NCBI GenBank assembly: GCA_965655095.1
Contig: OZ296656.1
Location: 43,896,001-43,960,000 of the forward strand
Direction: 5' to 3'
Length of the DNA stretch: 64,000 nucleotides
DNA from: Haplodiscus bocki
Lineage: Eukaryota
The notes under the pieces are model-generated. The model saw only the letters and a program-made list of their open reading frames with translations, did not search any database and was not told the origin of the DNA. The position numbers were made by a program, and so were the translations under genes. Shown piece after piece: positions 49,400 through 61,554 of this stretch (position 1 is the stretch's first letter; every line of letters starts with the position of its first letter).

Positions 49400-50700
49400 T
49401 TTGATTTCTCGAAGGTAACTCAAGTTACTTTGGGAAACAGAAAACCAAAAAGGACAAAACTTGCCACCGCTAAAGCTTCTAAATGGCCTGCTTGTATTCA
49501 CTTGAAATAATAATGGACGCAATTCAAAACGATGACCATAAACCAGAAACTGGTAACTATCAACGCAAATAAAAACATCTTGGAGTTCCAATAATAAAAT
49601 GAAATTTTCTAACCTGAAGGAATGGAATAGATGATTCCTGCTGCTCAGCAGGAGCTTCCAGGTAACGAGTATTCTAACTAGCGCTAGACGGAAGCAGTGA
49701 GATCAGGCGTTTTTAAAAAGTATGCAATTCCAATAAGTGACGATGCGAGTTGAAAATTTTTATTTTTCAATTAGAAGTCAAGTTACTTCGCAAAAGAACT
49801 GCAAAATGCCACCCTTGCTGCCTTGTTGGCATCATCAGAACCCAGAAATCGGAAAACGCTTGATGCGTTCAATAGAACAATGACCTCCAGGGAAGCATTT
49901 CGTTCCATGAAATTCGCATAGATTTCGAGACCTTTAGCAGCAAAAACAACCAGCAAGCTCGCACATTTTGTTGCTTTGAGAATATCAGTATTAAAGACAT
50001 TGGCATAATTTTGGTTAAGTTTCAATAAAAAACCATTCATGAGTTGAAATGTCACATACTACATTTGGGACGCATTTACTTGAAAAGCCACCGTTTTAGA
50101 ATTGAAAGTGGGATACGTGAAAAACTTCTAACAGAAATCAAGGCTGCAGGACAAAATTTCGCAATCACAACGTGTGCCGTAACAGTCACACACTTTCTAC
50201 TGCTTAACCACCGTGCACAAAGCTTTTATATTTGAATAACGCAGATACTGCATCGGACTGAATTTCAAATGAAAGCAAAAAAATGAATGGTGCTACTTTC
50301 AATAAGACTTAATCTAACCACTTAATGTCTGAAAAGCATGTGGAAAGGCTTAGAAAAACTTCATTAAATTTCTAGTAACTTGTCAGGTGATTTAGTTGCA
50401 AGAAAAAGAAGAGGCAGAGCTTTCTACCATGTAGAACTTCGGGGCAGGGAGCATTCGAAGTAACGCTTGATTTTACCGCACCAGACCGATAATCTTCACC
50501 GGAAGAACACTTTTGCAGAAAAATTTGAAAGAAACATTCATGCATTTTGCAACCATAATTTGATGAGTTTTGCAAAAATGTTCAACATTGACCATCCTTG
50601 GAGAACACCGAACACACTAGGAAAGTTTGCTGTAGACTTATTTAATATTAGTAGTAAGAGAGCTGACCAGACGGGACGGTTGCGGACACTTTATGGAAGA
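49400..50700 (+). mobile_element. Decayed CR1-like LINE reverse transcriptase 3' remnant
   Basis: KCHILHLGR (cf. CR1 KCKVLHLG) at 50047, upstream NDL, downstream LVARKRRG. Confidence 0.35.
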
Positions 50701-50819
50701 AGCTGACAATTTAATGCTCGTTTTCTATGTAAAAAGATTGATTTTAAGTTTGAAAAAGTAAAATTAGAGAGTATAAAAATGATCAAATACATCATATAGA
50801 CTGCCCATTTACAATCAGA

Positions 50820-51306
50820 TTGTTAAAAAGTTAGAAGTATATACTTAAAAACAGAGTACAATAAGGTCTTGAACTCCAGTAATAACTTCCTGACAGAACT
50901 TGACGAGATGAAAAACTGCATAATCGTGTAGAAACGACAAACACTGGATTGAGACTGCAATTGTGCTTGCATCATCTGCTTGTAATGCTGTTTGAGAGAA
51001 CGGTACTTTTCACATACAAGAGTGTCTGCAAAATACATTTCATGACAAAACTTTGCAATCATTATCCATTGCTCACCCCGCATATTGCTGGGTTGCGTGT
51101 TGATAAAAACAAAAGTGTCCTTGTCGAGAGTTGGGACCTAGTCAGAAGGAAATGAACCAAAATACCCAGACTTGGGTAGCGGGATATGATTGATTATTTG
51201 TTGGATTGAAACTTTATCCATATTAGATTTTCTTTCCAACAACGCCAAACTTGACAACTGCAACCTAAGACATTCGTTCCCCCGAAACAAAGAATTCAGT
51301 AACGTG
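50820..51306 (-). pseudogene. Second Polinton fragment: end of major capsid plus adenain-like protease
   Basis: MDKVSIQQIINHIPLPKSGYFGSFPSD...MRGEQWIMIA...YFADTL...LQSQSSVCRFYTI. Reverse-complement homologue of 6893-7390. Confidence 0.8.
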
Positions 51307-53296
51307 AGTAGTAAGAAAGTGAGATGATCCGAAAGAGGGGAGGTGGTTGGAGGCCCCATGTATTAGGATAGGCTAAAGCAACCCGAGAGCCGACTGGAGC
51401 CAACACAAGTGCTGAGTAGTGGAGGCCCTTTCTCGGCTCCTTTGTTAACACGTGGGTCAAAGTTTTGAGATAAGGTTTCTTCGGCAGAGAGATTTTTCGG
51501 AAATTTCCGAAGATACTAGTTCAATGTAATAAGAAACCCCAATGTATAGAGATAGGGTAAACTACCTCAATCTATTAAGATAGGGTTCACCCAAAGCTTT
51601 TCAGCACTGTGAGACCAGGTGCCCGAGATTTCTCACTGTATTAAGATACCCCATTGTATTAGAAAAACTCAATGTAAAAAAATCCCCAATGTATTGAGGT
51701 AAGGTTCACTTCAATGTATTTTGGAAGTTGTGTGTCGAAAGTTGTTTTGTTTGATTGGGGGGTCCAGTAAAAAAGAGTGAGCGGAAGTGGAGGGTCAACA
51801 ATGAAGAAGTCCTGTCAGTGTGATTCAATACTGGGAGGCTTAGCTCAGAAACAATTTGGGACGCCTATGGATTTTTTATCACGCGTATGGATAGTTCATT
51901 ACGCCTGCGGATTTTTTTATAACGCCTGAAGATATTTTATTACGGCTGCGGATACTTTTTCAAAAGTGCTGACAAGTTCATACCTGGTTCTTTGTAAGAA
52001 CATTGACCTGAAGTTCAAAATAATACGTTAGAGGGTATGGAGTTGAACAAATACCTGGAATATAAGGACGTTATTTTTTCAATGCAAGAGAATGAATTCA
52101 ATCTGACTCAACTATTCCTTTATGATAAAAATGAGAGAGTCCCGTCTTTGTTTGCTTGTAAGTTGCTACAGAATGGTTGTTTGTGCAGAATCCACGATTG
52201 GTGGAAGTTACATTTTCTGATTCGTCCAATACATAGATTTTTTGCCATGGGTCCGTCTCCAATGTCTTCGAATGTTCGCTTGTTTATTCCCTTGCTACTG
52301 AATTTAAACTTGTCGCCCAGAGAATTGTAACAGTAGTATCTTCTCCTACACAAACACATGGTTTCAGTGCGTTGAAAATTTTCCTTGAACAATCCGGGCT
52401 CTCTTCTTTAATGTTTTTTTTGCGTTTAGCACAACACGTCCTGGGAATGAAATTGCTGCAAACGACTTCATTGAACAAATCATTACAGTCTTTGCTGCAT
52501 AACAATTCCCAATCTTGCCTTGTAAAAGTATCCGCAGCCGTAATAAAATATCCACAGGCGTTAAAAAATATCCGCAAGCGTAATGAAATATCCGCACGCG
52601 TGATAAAAAAATCCGTAGGCCTCCCAAAAAAACACTGAACCAAGCTTCCCAGCTTTGGATCCCACAGACAAGACCTCTCCATTTTTGACCCCCCCCCCCC
52701 GCTTCTGCTCACACTTTTGTACCGGACCCCCAGTCAAACAAAACATTTTTGATACACAAAACCCAAAATTCATTGGAGTAAACCCTATCGTGATACATTG
52801 GGGTTTTTTATACGTTGGGGTATGTTAATACGGTAGTCTATCTCGGCCACCTAGTCTCACAGTGCCGAAAAGCTTGGGGTGAACCCTATCTTAATACATT
52901 GAGGTAGTTTACCCTATCCTAATAAATTGGGGTATCTTATTACATTGGAATATTTTAATACATTAAGCTATCTTTGGCACCTAGTCTTACAATGCCGAAA
53001 AATCTCACAGTGCCGAAAAGCCTGGGTGAAACCTATGTTAATACATTGAGGTATTTTACCTTATCTCAATACATTGGGGTATCTTAATACTTGGAGGTAG
53101 TAGCTTCGGGTAGTGGAGGAAAAACCCTATCTCAAAACATTGACCCGCGTATTAACATAGGAGCCGAGAAGGGGCCTCCACTACTCAATACAGGTTTGGG
53201 CTCCATTCGGGTTTGGGGTGGCTATAGCTCTATAGGCTATCTTAATACATGGGGACCTCCAACCCTCCCGTCTGATCAGCTCACGCTCTTACTACT
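51307..53296. mobile_element. Mini-Polinton: left TIR + pPolB C-terminal fragment + right TIR
   Basis: Begins AGTAGTAAGA and ends TCTTACTACT. ~700-bp inverted arms with the same motifs as 7480-8267. No TSD match (AACGTG vs AATATT). Confidence 0.8.
52050..52520 (-). pseudogene. C-terminal fragment of protein-primed family B DNA polymerase
   Basis: DWELLCSKDC...FIPRTCC...(G)LFKENFQRTETMCLCRRRYYCY...KFKFSSKGINKR: the GxFK..KxY..xKG region downstream of the YxDTDS motif. Confidence 0.65.
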
Positions 53297-54913
53297 AATA
53301 TTTCATCAGCTGGACGGAATACGAGTATTCCAAAAGACAAAACTTCCTAACTTTCACCATAAAAATCATTTTTCGCAAATTTTCGGACAAAGAATTACTT
53401 CTGTTGCTTCGCAGATTTTACAGTCTACAGAAGTCTAATTAGCGATGGATGGTGCCAGTAATCTTCACGAAAACGTATTTCAATACTCAACGAGAGGAAA
53501 AACAATTTCGATTTAGAGTAACACTGCTCATATTGGCAATTGAGGAACAAATAAACAGAAAACATGGTAACCTACTCAAATTCCAAGCTGCCAGTAGTTG
53601 AATCAATTCCCCAGGCACGGACCCCGACAAAAATTCTTTTACAGAACTATTTTTACACAACGCACGAATTTTTCAGGAATACAACCTAAATTTACTCAAC
53701 ATCCGAGCTATTCAGCGCACTGCCCAGACTACGACCATTTAGACTGTTACCAATTTGACCCAAAACAGCTACCCATGACTGAGGGAAACCTTCCAACGAA
53801 CGAAGCAATTGAAACATTTTTGGTTTTTCAAGGATAACTTAAATTTTTTCGCAACAGAATCCGACAAGAGCCGGTTTATCGAAGCCATTCAGCAGAATGT
53901 CCCGAACAGAATAAAAGGATTAGCACGGAATGGACCCATTCCCTTAACTGAGAAAAACGTTATGAATCTTACACACAAACCAGTTATGAATCTTACCAAA
54001 ACTCTGTTCAAAAATTACAATTTTTCAAGGAAAAACATTGTCACAGTCATGGAAAAGATCTTCGCTTTTCTTTCAAATATAAAATTGTCGCGTTCTGATT
54101 ACTAGTTTCTAATAGAACTTTTAGATTGGACATTACCAAAATTTCTCCAGTGACAGTAACTTCTGTATACTTATTTGCGTTAAAAAGATGTGAAACTATG
54201 AGCTTGCAAGCCCAGATGACAAAATCGGTAGACCCAACGTCTCCAGAGATCGCATGTTGCGAGTTTGATCCGGACACAAAGCGAAAAATCAAAAACTCAG
54301 AATGTTAAAATCTCGGAAAAATTCGAGTTATGACCGTTTGGAAAAAGGTCATGTCCACCATAAAACGCTTGCGTCGCTCGCTTTGCAAGACTCACGCAAA
54401 GGCAAAGCTGTGCTACGCGAACACTTCGAAGATGAAAGAAAGCCTTTGATTAGTGTATCCATCGAAAAACGAGAACTTTGAGTTTTGAAACTTCTACGAA
54501 AATTCTTTGAAGAAGTTAATCCAGTGAAAGCGTGGCAAACCGGGGAAAGATGAAAAACCCCATGGATCAAAACTCGGATGGAGCTGCTCTGGATTGCAGC
54601 AACCCAGAGGAGAGTCCCCAACAAAAGCATTTTCAATTAGATGAAGCGTTTGCAAGAACTTTCAACGTCAAAAAAGTGTCAACTCCGGATGATTTGCAAA
54701 TTACAACCAAATCATCCAGAACATAAAAAAGCAGTTCAGGAACAAGCAGTTCAGAAAGTTTTCATTTACAAAACTATGTGTTCAAAAAAGAATTGAAATA
54801 GGTTTCCTGAAGAAAGACGAAAATGGACCACTCTTGCTACCAAGCATTCAATCGGTACACCCAGTACTCCCGTAAGAACTAGATGGATCTTATCTCCTCG
54901 AAAGCTTCCATCA

Positions 54914-55333
54914 TGTAAGTACTGTTACTTTTCCTTGGCTTCCTTTTTGCCACAGCGGGTACTTAGTATCCCCTGAGTTTCCAGGTAGAAGATGGGTTTT
55001 TGTAGATGCGCGGTCCCTGCAATTGGACTTGCTATAAATTTCAACTCAACAGCTCGTCAAAGAAGAGAGATTTGGTTAGTTTAAGAAATCAGCTTTATTC
55101 TAGAGCGTTCAACTCTGGTTGTGTCAAATAATACAGAGTGTAGAATATTCAATAAATGAATGTTTAAACTAATGATAAGCGGGAGTAGTTTATCTTAAAA
55201 ATAGCGTTGTTTAGATACCCGAAAGTGCAGAGTTTGAGTTTTGTTCATTTTTCCTCTCAGGATAAGTTTTGATGGGCATATTCCTTAGATAAGTCCTTCC
55301 TGCTTTAGGTCAAACATTACATGTAATGTTACA
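54914..55333 (-). repeat. Candidate 3' LTR (~420 bp)
   Basis: Minus strand starts TGTAAC after the PPT, contains AATAAA (plus-strand tttatt at 55094) and ends CTTACA. The partner LTR is not visible. Confidence 0.6.
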
Positions 55334-55881
55334 CTACCCTCCTTTCTCTCACTTCACCGCTGGTTGATCATAAAGTGGGAGAAGGCGAAGGAAATGCAGC
55401 GGTGCCAACTGCAGAACAGTTATCTCCAGAATGGCATAGTATAAATTGAAATTCAAAGGCCAAAAAAGCTGCAAGTCGATCCAAAACATCTTTGGAGACA
55501 TTGAGAAAATTTCCAAAAAGAAAATCGTTATCGAAAATGAATATGCAGAAACCAGAATAGAATAGTTGTCGTTGTGTTGCCAACACACAGTCGTCCAGTC
55601 TCAAGAATTTTTTATATTTTATAGTTTTTACTGCACTACAGTTACGAAAGTGAAAATAGTTCCAGTGAATAAGAAATTCGATACGATTATAAAAATGTCA
55701 ATCAGCTTTGGGAAAAAATTCTGGTTCCTTTTCCAACGGTTCGAAAAAGGAAACAAGCGGTCACGAAACGCATTTTAATTTGGTCAGGGGCTTGCTCCAA
55801 GTTAGGCGATGAGATAGTGCTTGTAAGCATAAAAGGAGGAGAGAGTTTCTCAACAGCTGTTGAAGCAGATGAGGTTGGCAC

Positions 55882-58111
55882 TTAACAGGTAGCTAGAGCT
55901 GAATTGATTGCCTCAGACAGGTTTACCATTGATGGCGCACGAGTGGGAGCTCGAACTCTTGCCGAATAGTCAGGAGCTAGTACATTCATTGGACCTAATG
56001 CATCGCTATAAGACGGGCCTGCTTCCGGGCGGCTGTTTGGTCTCGTCGGCTTAGGTTTCCGAGGGCAAAAGAGGCCACACCAAAGTGGAGTATTTGGCTG
56101 GCGATGTTTATATTGATGATACAGCCAAACAACAATTACATGAAGTGGCATAGAACCAGTAAATGGAATCAAACTCATGATCAGTGAGTGTTTAATTGAG
56201 AGGTGAGAATAAAAGTTCATTCGAGAGCGACGGTCGCAGCTGTGTCATTTTAGAAGTAATAGGGCGTGCAATATCTAGGAGTTTTTTTGGGTCACGTATT
56301 TTAGAACTTTCAAGTAGGCGTTCACGAACTTCTTTGAGTAGAGCAACTCCTGTCTGTGTCTTCGTAGAGTGATAGGGATATCGTCAATTGCCTGTAATTC
56401 GCTCCATAATTGTCTCAACGGATCTGGAAATTTTTCAATCACTTTGACAGACGGAAGTTGTTCGCAAGTGTTGACGTCCAATCTTATCTTGATGTGAGAA
56501 CCAGACAATTGACTTCCGCACTTTAAGGTGATTGTACAGATCCGGCATCCCGGATATTTGTTGACTCCAGACGAAGTTGTAGGTTCGGCATTGGATTCGT
56601 ATTGGGTCTAGACTGTTCCAGCCGAAGTAAAAAGCCAAGCCCCGTAGCTTAAGTTTTCTACTGTTTCCGTTGAAGGTAGTAATATTTGTTCAGTTTTGCA
56701 TGATTGCAAAGCATCAACGCTATCTTTGAAGTAGAGAGATGCTTGGCAGGACTCGTGCCCTGCTTCAGTTGCAATCATGTCTAGGCATATTTGATAGCGA
56801 GTAGATCCAGTACATCGTGAGAGATCATATTCAGTTAAGAAAGCTGTATCATCGTGATTCTCCGAAACTTCTGAGTAAGGTGCGTCTAATTTCCATTTAA
56901 TTGCCATATCATTTTCCAGTTGTGGCATAACAACTGTAAACGCTGATTCGTTGTTGCTAGTGGAGTTGCTATGCGCATTACAAGTCCCTGTTCGACGACT
57001 ATAACATCACGTAGTAGTTTCGATTCATAGTAGGTTGATTTTTTATCAATAGGAAATGCTGAATGAGTCTATCCGTTTTTCGCCATTGTTCCAGTACGAC
57101 ATTGTCTAGAATTTTCGAGAGCGACTGTCTGCGAACTAGCGACGAAGGAAGATAGTGAGTGAGTTTTGGCTGTATTGAGTTCATCATGTTGATTCGATAA
57201 GTGTAAAGAGCGCTTCAGTAAGTTTTATTGTTTGCGAATATAACTGCGAGCAGTATAGAAAGAGGATCAAATTTGTCATTTACTTGTTGTTGCGAGAACA
57301 AGAGTTGGTCACAGTCACGTAAAACAAGAATGTTGCGCTTTAAAATTTCACAATGCTCTTGTATGACTTTCCAGTTACGATTTTGGATTTCAAACATTTC
57401 TTTTTGAACGGATTAAACTGCAGCAAGCTCCGTCGTAACCATTAAAAAATTATCGTTAACGTCACTTCTCAATTTGAAAACGTATTCTTCTAGGGATTCC
57501 GTGAATTCGGCAAACTGTTCTGTGTTAGCTTCTTTTAGTTTTGCGCGTTGTTCCAAAAATTCCTTTAATTCCGCATTCGCCAGTTCCAAGGACAATTCCG
57601 AATTATCCAACTGAAGCAAGCGCCATCACTGCAAATTGCGCTGCCCTCCGCAGCCTATTGTGTCCGAAGGCAGCAGCCTGTACCGTGTTCAGAAAAGATG
57701 AAATGTATGTGAGGAGAGCGATGAGCTCTTGCTCTGCAAGACGAATTTCGTTCTCGACTTTATGCATTAGCCAATTAATATCACAGATAGAGTCTTTTTT
57801 CTAACAGCGAGAAGAGTAATCCAAACGACATTCCCAACTCCGGTGCCTCCAAAACTTTCACAGCTTCTCTATGTATGCGCCTAGGTCGGCACTCACGTTC
57901 ATGTCGCACTTTGGAAAGGGAACCAGAAAATCAAAATTTATAAGCTTTTCAGCTAACCATATTTTTCTTAACGTGGTTGAAAATGGTGCCATTTGCAAGA
58001 ACGGCGCCAGAATCTTGGTCAGCAATACTATTAGATTTCCATTCGGTTGGAGCGGCATTTGCAGCCAGTAGGACGAAAAAAACTGAAAAAAAAGCGGCGC
58101 TCAAAAAACAT
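55882..58111 (-). pseudogene. Envelope / class I fusion glycoprotein (F/env-like)
   Basis: Signal-like MFF...FF/VLLAANA; furin site RLRR (57656-57645) followed by the hydrophobic AAQFAVMALASVG*FGIVLG; heptad-like helix; Cys-rich block (LSRCTGSTRYQIC...ESC...QSC...CRICTITLKCG); C-terminal hydrophobic segment and tail. Several stops and frameshifts. Confidence 0.75.
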
Positions 58112-58685
58112 AGTGCGCGGTAGTTGTTGGGGAGAAAAAACTACATCGGGAAAAACCCTTTGAGCAGTCTTTTCTTGATAATAGGTGAAAGCGTCGTCTC
58201 AGAGAGACCATAAATTTCAGGGTCTCTTTTGGTTGTTTTTTTTTACAGGTGTGTAAAAGGGATTCCCAGATTTTCAGAGCTGTGAAAAGAATGTGCTTCA
58301 AAGAAAAGGTCCAGGGAGTAGACATCAATTGTTGCCCTGAAGCAACCTGCGTGGGCCAGCATTGCATTCCTCGGAGTCTCTCTGTGTCTGGTTCACAGGA
58401 AGAATGGAAAACAAACGACCTCATGGGAAGTTCGACGGTTATGTTGTTCACACTCCTGCTGCTGGTGATACTCTTTGTAATTTGGTCTTGAATATGGTAG
58501 AAAACTCCAAGACGGAGACATAGAGTAACAGTCGTAGCTTCAGATAGCTAGAGTAGCTCTTGACCATAGAAAAAAAGGATAGAAAGTTTTGTTACAATTG
58601 TGTTGCATGCTGTGTACTTCTGTAGTGAATAGAATAATTTCGATATAATCCCACCGTTTTTGTCTTTGTCTGTGTGTTCCTGTAG

Positions 58686-59600
58686 CTTGGACCTCAGTCA
58701 GCGAAGAGCTGAAGCGAAAAAAGCTCTGCCATATCTTTTATAAAGATTGGGTAACAGAACCCATCGTTATACACAAACAGAAGTTCTTCCAGGTTCAAGA
58801 AATGATCTTGAAAAATGTAGCAGGTATGGCCAGCAGAAATCAAATGCTAAAATGTATCAATTCAGGAGTCTATACAGAGATCTGCAATGGTGATCACGAG
58901 TTTACTACTAAATGCATTGCCTGTTTCTTCAATCTCGAAGGGTTAGTAGAGCCGGAAGTGCCTGAATGTTTAGAACTAACAAAATTAGATTTGATAGTGT
59001 CCCTAGGGCCATGGTTTACAACGGTCCATGTAGATACCGGCAGAGACGACAGTATTTCATGTGTCCCTGTGGGCAAAAAAATTAATCATGATTGCCAAGC
59101 GAGGGAGAGCCTCTCGTATGCTAGAAGCACAAATGACTTCCATGAAAGCTATTTTGCTTATGCTGTCAAGGCCTCCGCCAAAAGCATACAAAAACAAAGT
59201 CTGGTTTTATTTCACTCATCCGCATGATTTTCTGGTGCAACTAGCCTTGTTTGCACGTACCGTAGTTACTTCGGGAAGCGGCCCAGCTGTGGTTGTGGGT
59301 TTCGGGGCCAAAATGGCAACTGATGCTCTTAGAAGACAGCAAGTTTTGAAATTTTGTTCATTTGCAGTGCGGAGGGCAGGCCTAAACTACCTCGTTCATT
59401 ATGGAAGCGATTCTAGGGTATTAAAAAAACTTGAATAGGCAAAGAAGCCTATAATAGTTCTTCAAGAACAGTTAGAATGCCTCCAATATGACAAGCACAG
59501 CAGATGTAAGTAGAATCAACGGGACACAGGAAGGTATGGTTCTAAGTTGGAACGGAGAACCCTGCGGATTCGGCGGAACAAGCGAAAGTTCTTGTTTAGA
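58686..59600 (+). pseudogene. JmjC-like 2OG-Fe(II) dioxygenase domain protein (copy 1)
   Basis: LGPWFTTVHVDTG..SISCVPVGKK/LIMI...YFTHPHDFLVQLALFA(R)TVVT...AVVVGF. HxD at 59027-59035. The distal His position is CGT (59256), one base from CAT. One frameshift in an A-run. Confidence 0.6.
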
Positions 59601-60649
59601 AAAAAAAACAAGGTAAGCTGTGAAAATTTGTTTGTGTTATTTGTTTGATGCAACCTGATTTTGCCTTTACTCTACAACTGAACATGGTAACCGGAAAGAA
59701 AGTTTCTGTGCATAGCAAACATAAAAGCCCTGAAAAGCGATTCGGCACGAATGCTGAACATGAAGAGATAAAATACAATCTGAAACTGTAGTCACGTTTT
59801 TCTGTATTCTTGAAATGAAAGGATTGTTCTCATCAGTCAAGAGTAATTGAACCCCCTTTAAGTTTGTTTTTGAACCCCTTTCGTCTGAAGGCAAGATATA
59901 GACCCGAAAATATGTGTGTGAGTACGGAAACTCATGGCCCATTGAGGTCTCGTGGGCGTTTGTAGATTTTCGTACCAAACTTAGGTGAAATTCTTGGAAG
60001 AAAAACATTTTTGCGGGCAAGCGAAGGTGAGGTGGGGGCCTTGATTTTGGAACCACTTTGTCTGAGCAAAAGATAGAGTTTTCAAAGTACGTATGTGAAA
60101 ATGGGAGACCATGGCACTTTGATGGATCGTGGGTTTTTGCCAGTTTTCACTAAAAAACTGCGAATTATTCCTCGAACGTCTCGACTTCGGTGTCTACGGC
60201 AAGCTGTCGGTGCAAAAGTTTGTGACAAAAACTGGTCATGTTTCTTGCACGGCAGTGCGAGCTAATTTTATCTACGCATTTGCAAAGCAGGGAAAGAGTC
60301 CGATGCGGGATATTGTGGCAATTTTTTGATTTTCTTCCAGGATTGAAAAAAAAAACAGGAAGAAAATCGAGAGAAATTTTTTTGTTTTTTTTTGTGTGTA
60401 ATCGTGCCGTCCTGAAGGCGGATCAAAACTTCGTCTTACAAAAAGGTAACTAGTACCGCGAGGTGCCAAATGGCGTCTTGAATTTTTTTCGTGCATAACT
60501 CAGATTTTCAGGGGTACGGCGAAATTTTGACAACTGAGCGTGTTTTCGGATTTGAAACCATGAGTGAAAAAGCACTGTGAATACAGCATGTAAAGGGAAT
60601 TGCCAAGCAACTGCACATTCTGACTAGTTTAAAGGATCTATCTCAGCCT

Positions 60650-61554
60650 TTCGTCGTTCCAGGTGGCGTATGTGTCTCATACCCTCGAGCTTTCCGGTTG
60701 AAAATCGAACAAACATCCCAAGTGGATGACAAAAAGCGTTAGGAAGATATGACTCTTGTTTGGGAGGATCGCATGGGACACTCCTCGTGCAGCGAGTGGA
60801 ACAACGCTCGTTTCGATGTTTTTTCCGGCACAACTAGACACATTTCATGTGCGACATTTCGGGAAAAAGGGCATGGTGTCAATACAAGGAAGAATCGAAA
60901 TTGTTACGTGGAATGGTTTCAGGCGACAAGTTTCCCAGTATGGGGTCAATTACTTGTGAACACACTAGCTTCACAGAACGCCTATCGCGTATTGATATTT
61001 TGCCCGAGTATTTCTCAAGGAAAGCTGGCTTGTTGTTTCAAACAATCAAAAAAAGATTGGGCGAGACTTTTGAAAGGGGGTTGGAAAGCGGGGCAGTTGC
61101 ACTATTTTATCCAAAGTCCTCGTGATACACAATTTATTCCCCCGAACACAACCTTCTGCCATTGGACTGGCCGGGAATACACGTCAGAGACACCGCTGTT
61201 CAGTTCTGGTGAGTGAAAATAGTTTTACTTTTTTTGTAGTGGAAAATGCATGTTATAAACGCCAATATGAGCATTGTTTCTGTAGTTTTTGACCTATTGA
61301 GGAAGGCGAAGGCGAGGGTTCAAGACCTAGCTTGAGCTATGGGCAATTGCTGCAATGGGGTGTGTCAACCTGTGAAAGATTTCAGTAGGCAACCTGCAGT
61401 TGGTCCATGCGTGCAGTTGTGCACATCCAAAAAGTCAAACGGTGAAGCTGTTTTGCAAAAATGTGTGCAACCCACCAAGTTTTTTAAACTTCAAAGCACA
61501 TCTCAAGCAAGGAAAAAAGCAGAGCGAATGCGGGTGGCACGTTGGCCCAAGTGA
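60650..61554 (+). pseudogene. Possible second, more divergent JmjC/cupin-like remnant
   Basis: HYFIQSPRDTQFIPPN..CH resembles the JmjC QxPGDxxFIP...H strand. The upstream HxD is not preserved. Confidence 0.4.

Noticed and set aside
6980-51306. Receptor gene captured as cargo between inverted Polinton halves
   Set aside because: The left element ends with its own terminus at 8267, so the gene lies outside it. The right-hand pieces are separate, diverged fragments.
53400-54913. Protein-like fragments, possibly an older retroelement hosting the LTR insertion
   Set aside because: No diagnostic motif recognised, so left uncalled.
53296-58111. Fusogen belonging to the Polinton (as in nematode Mavericks)
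   Set aside because: The env lies outside the TIR ending at 53296 and is followed by a PPT and an LTR-like end, which points to an LTR element.
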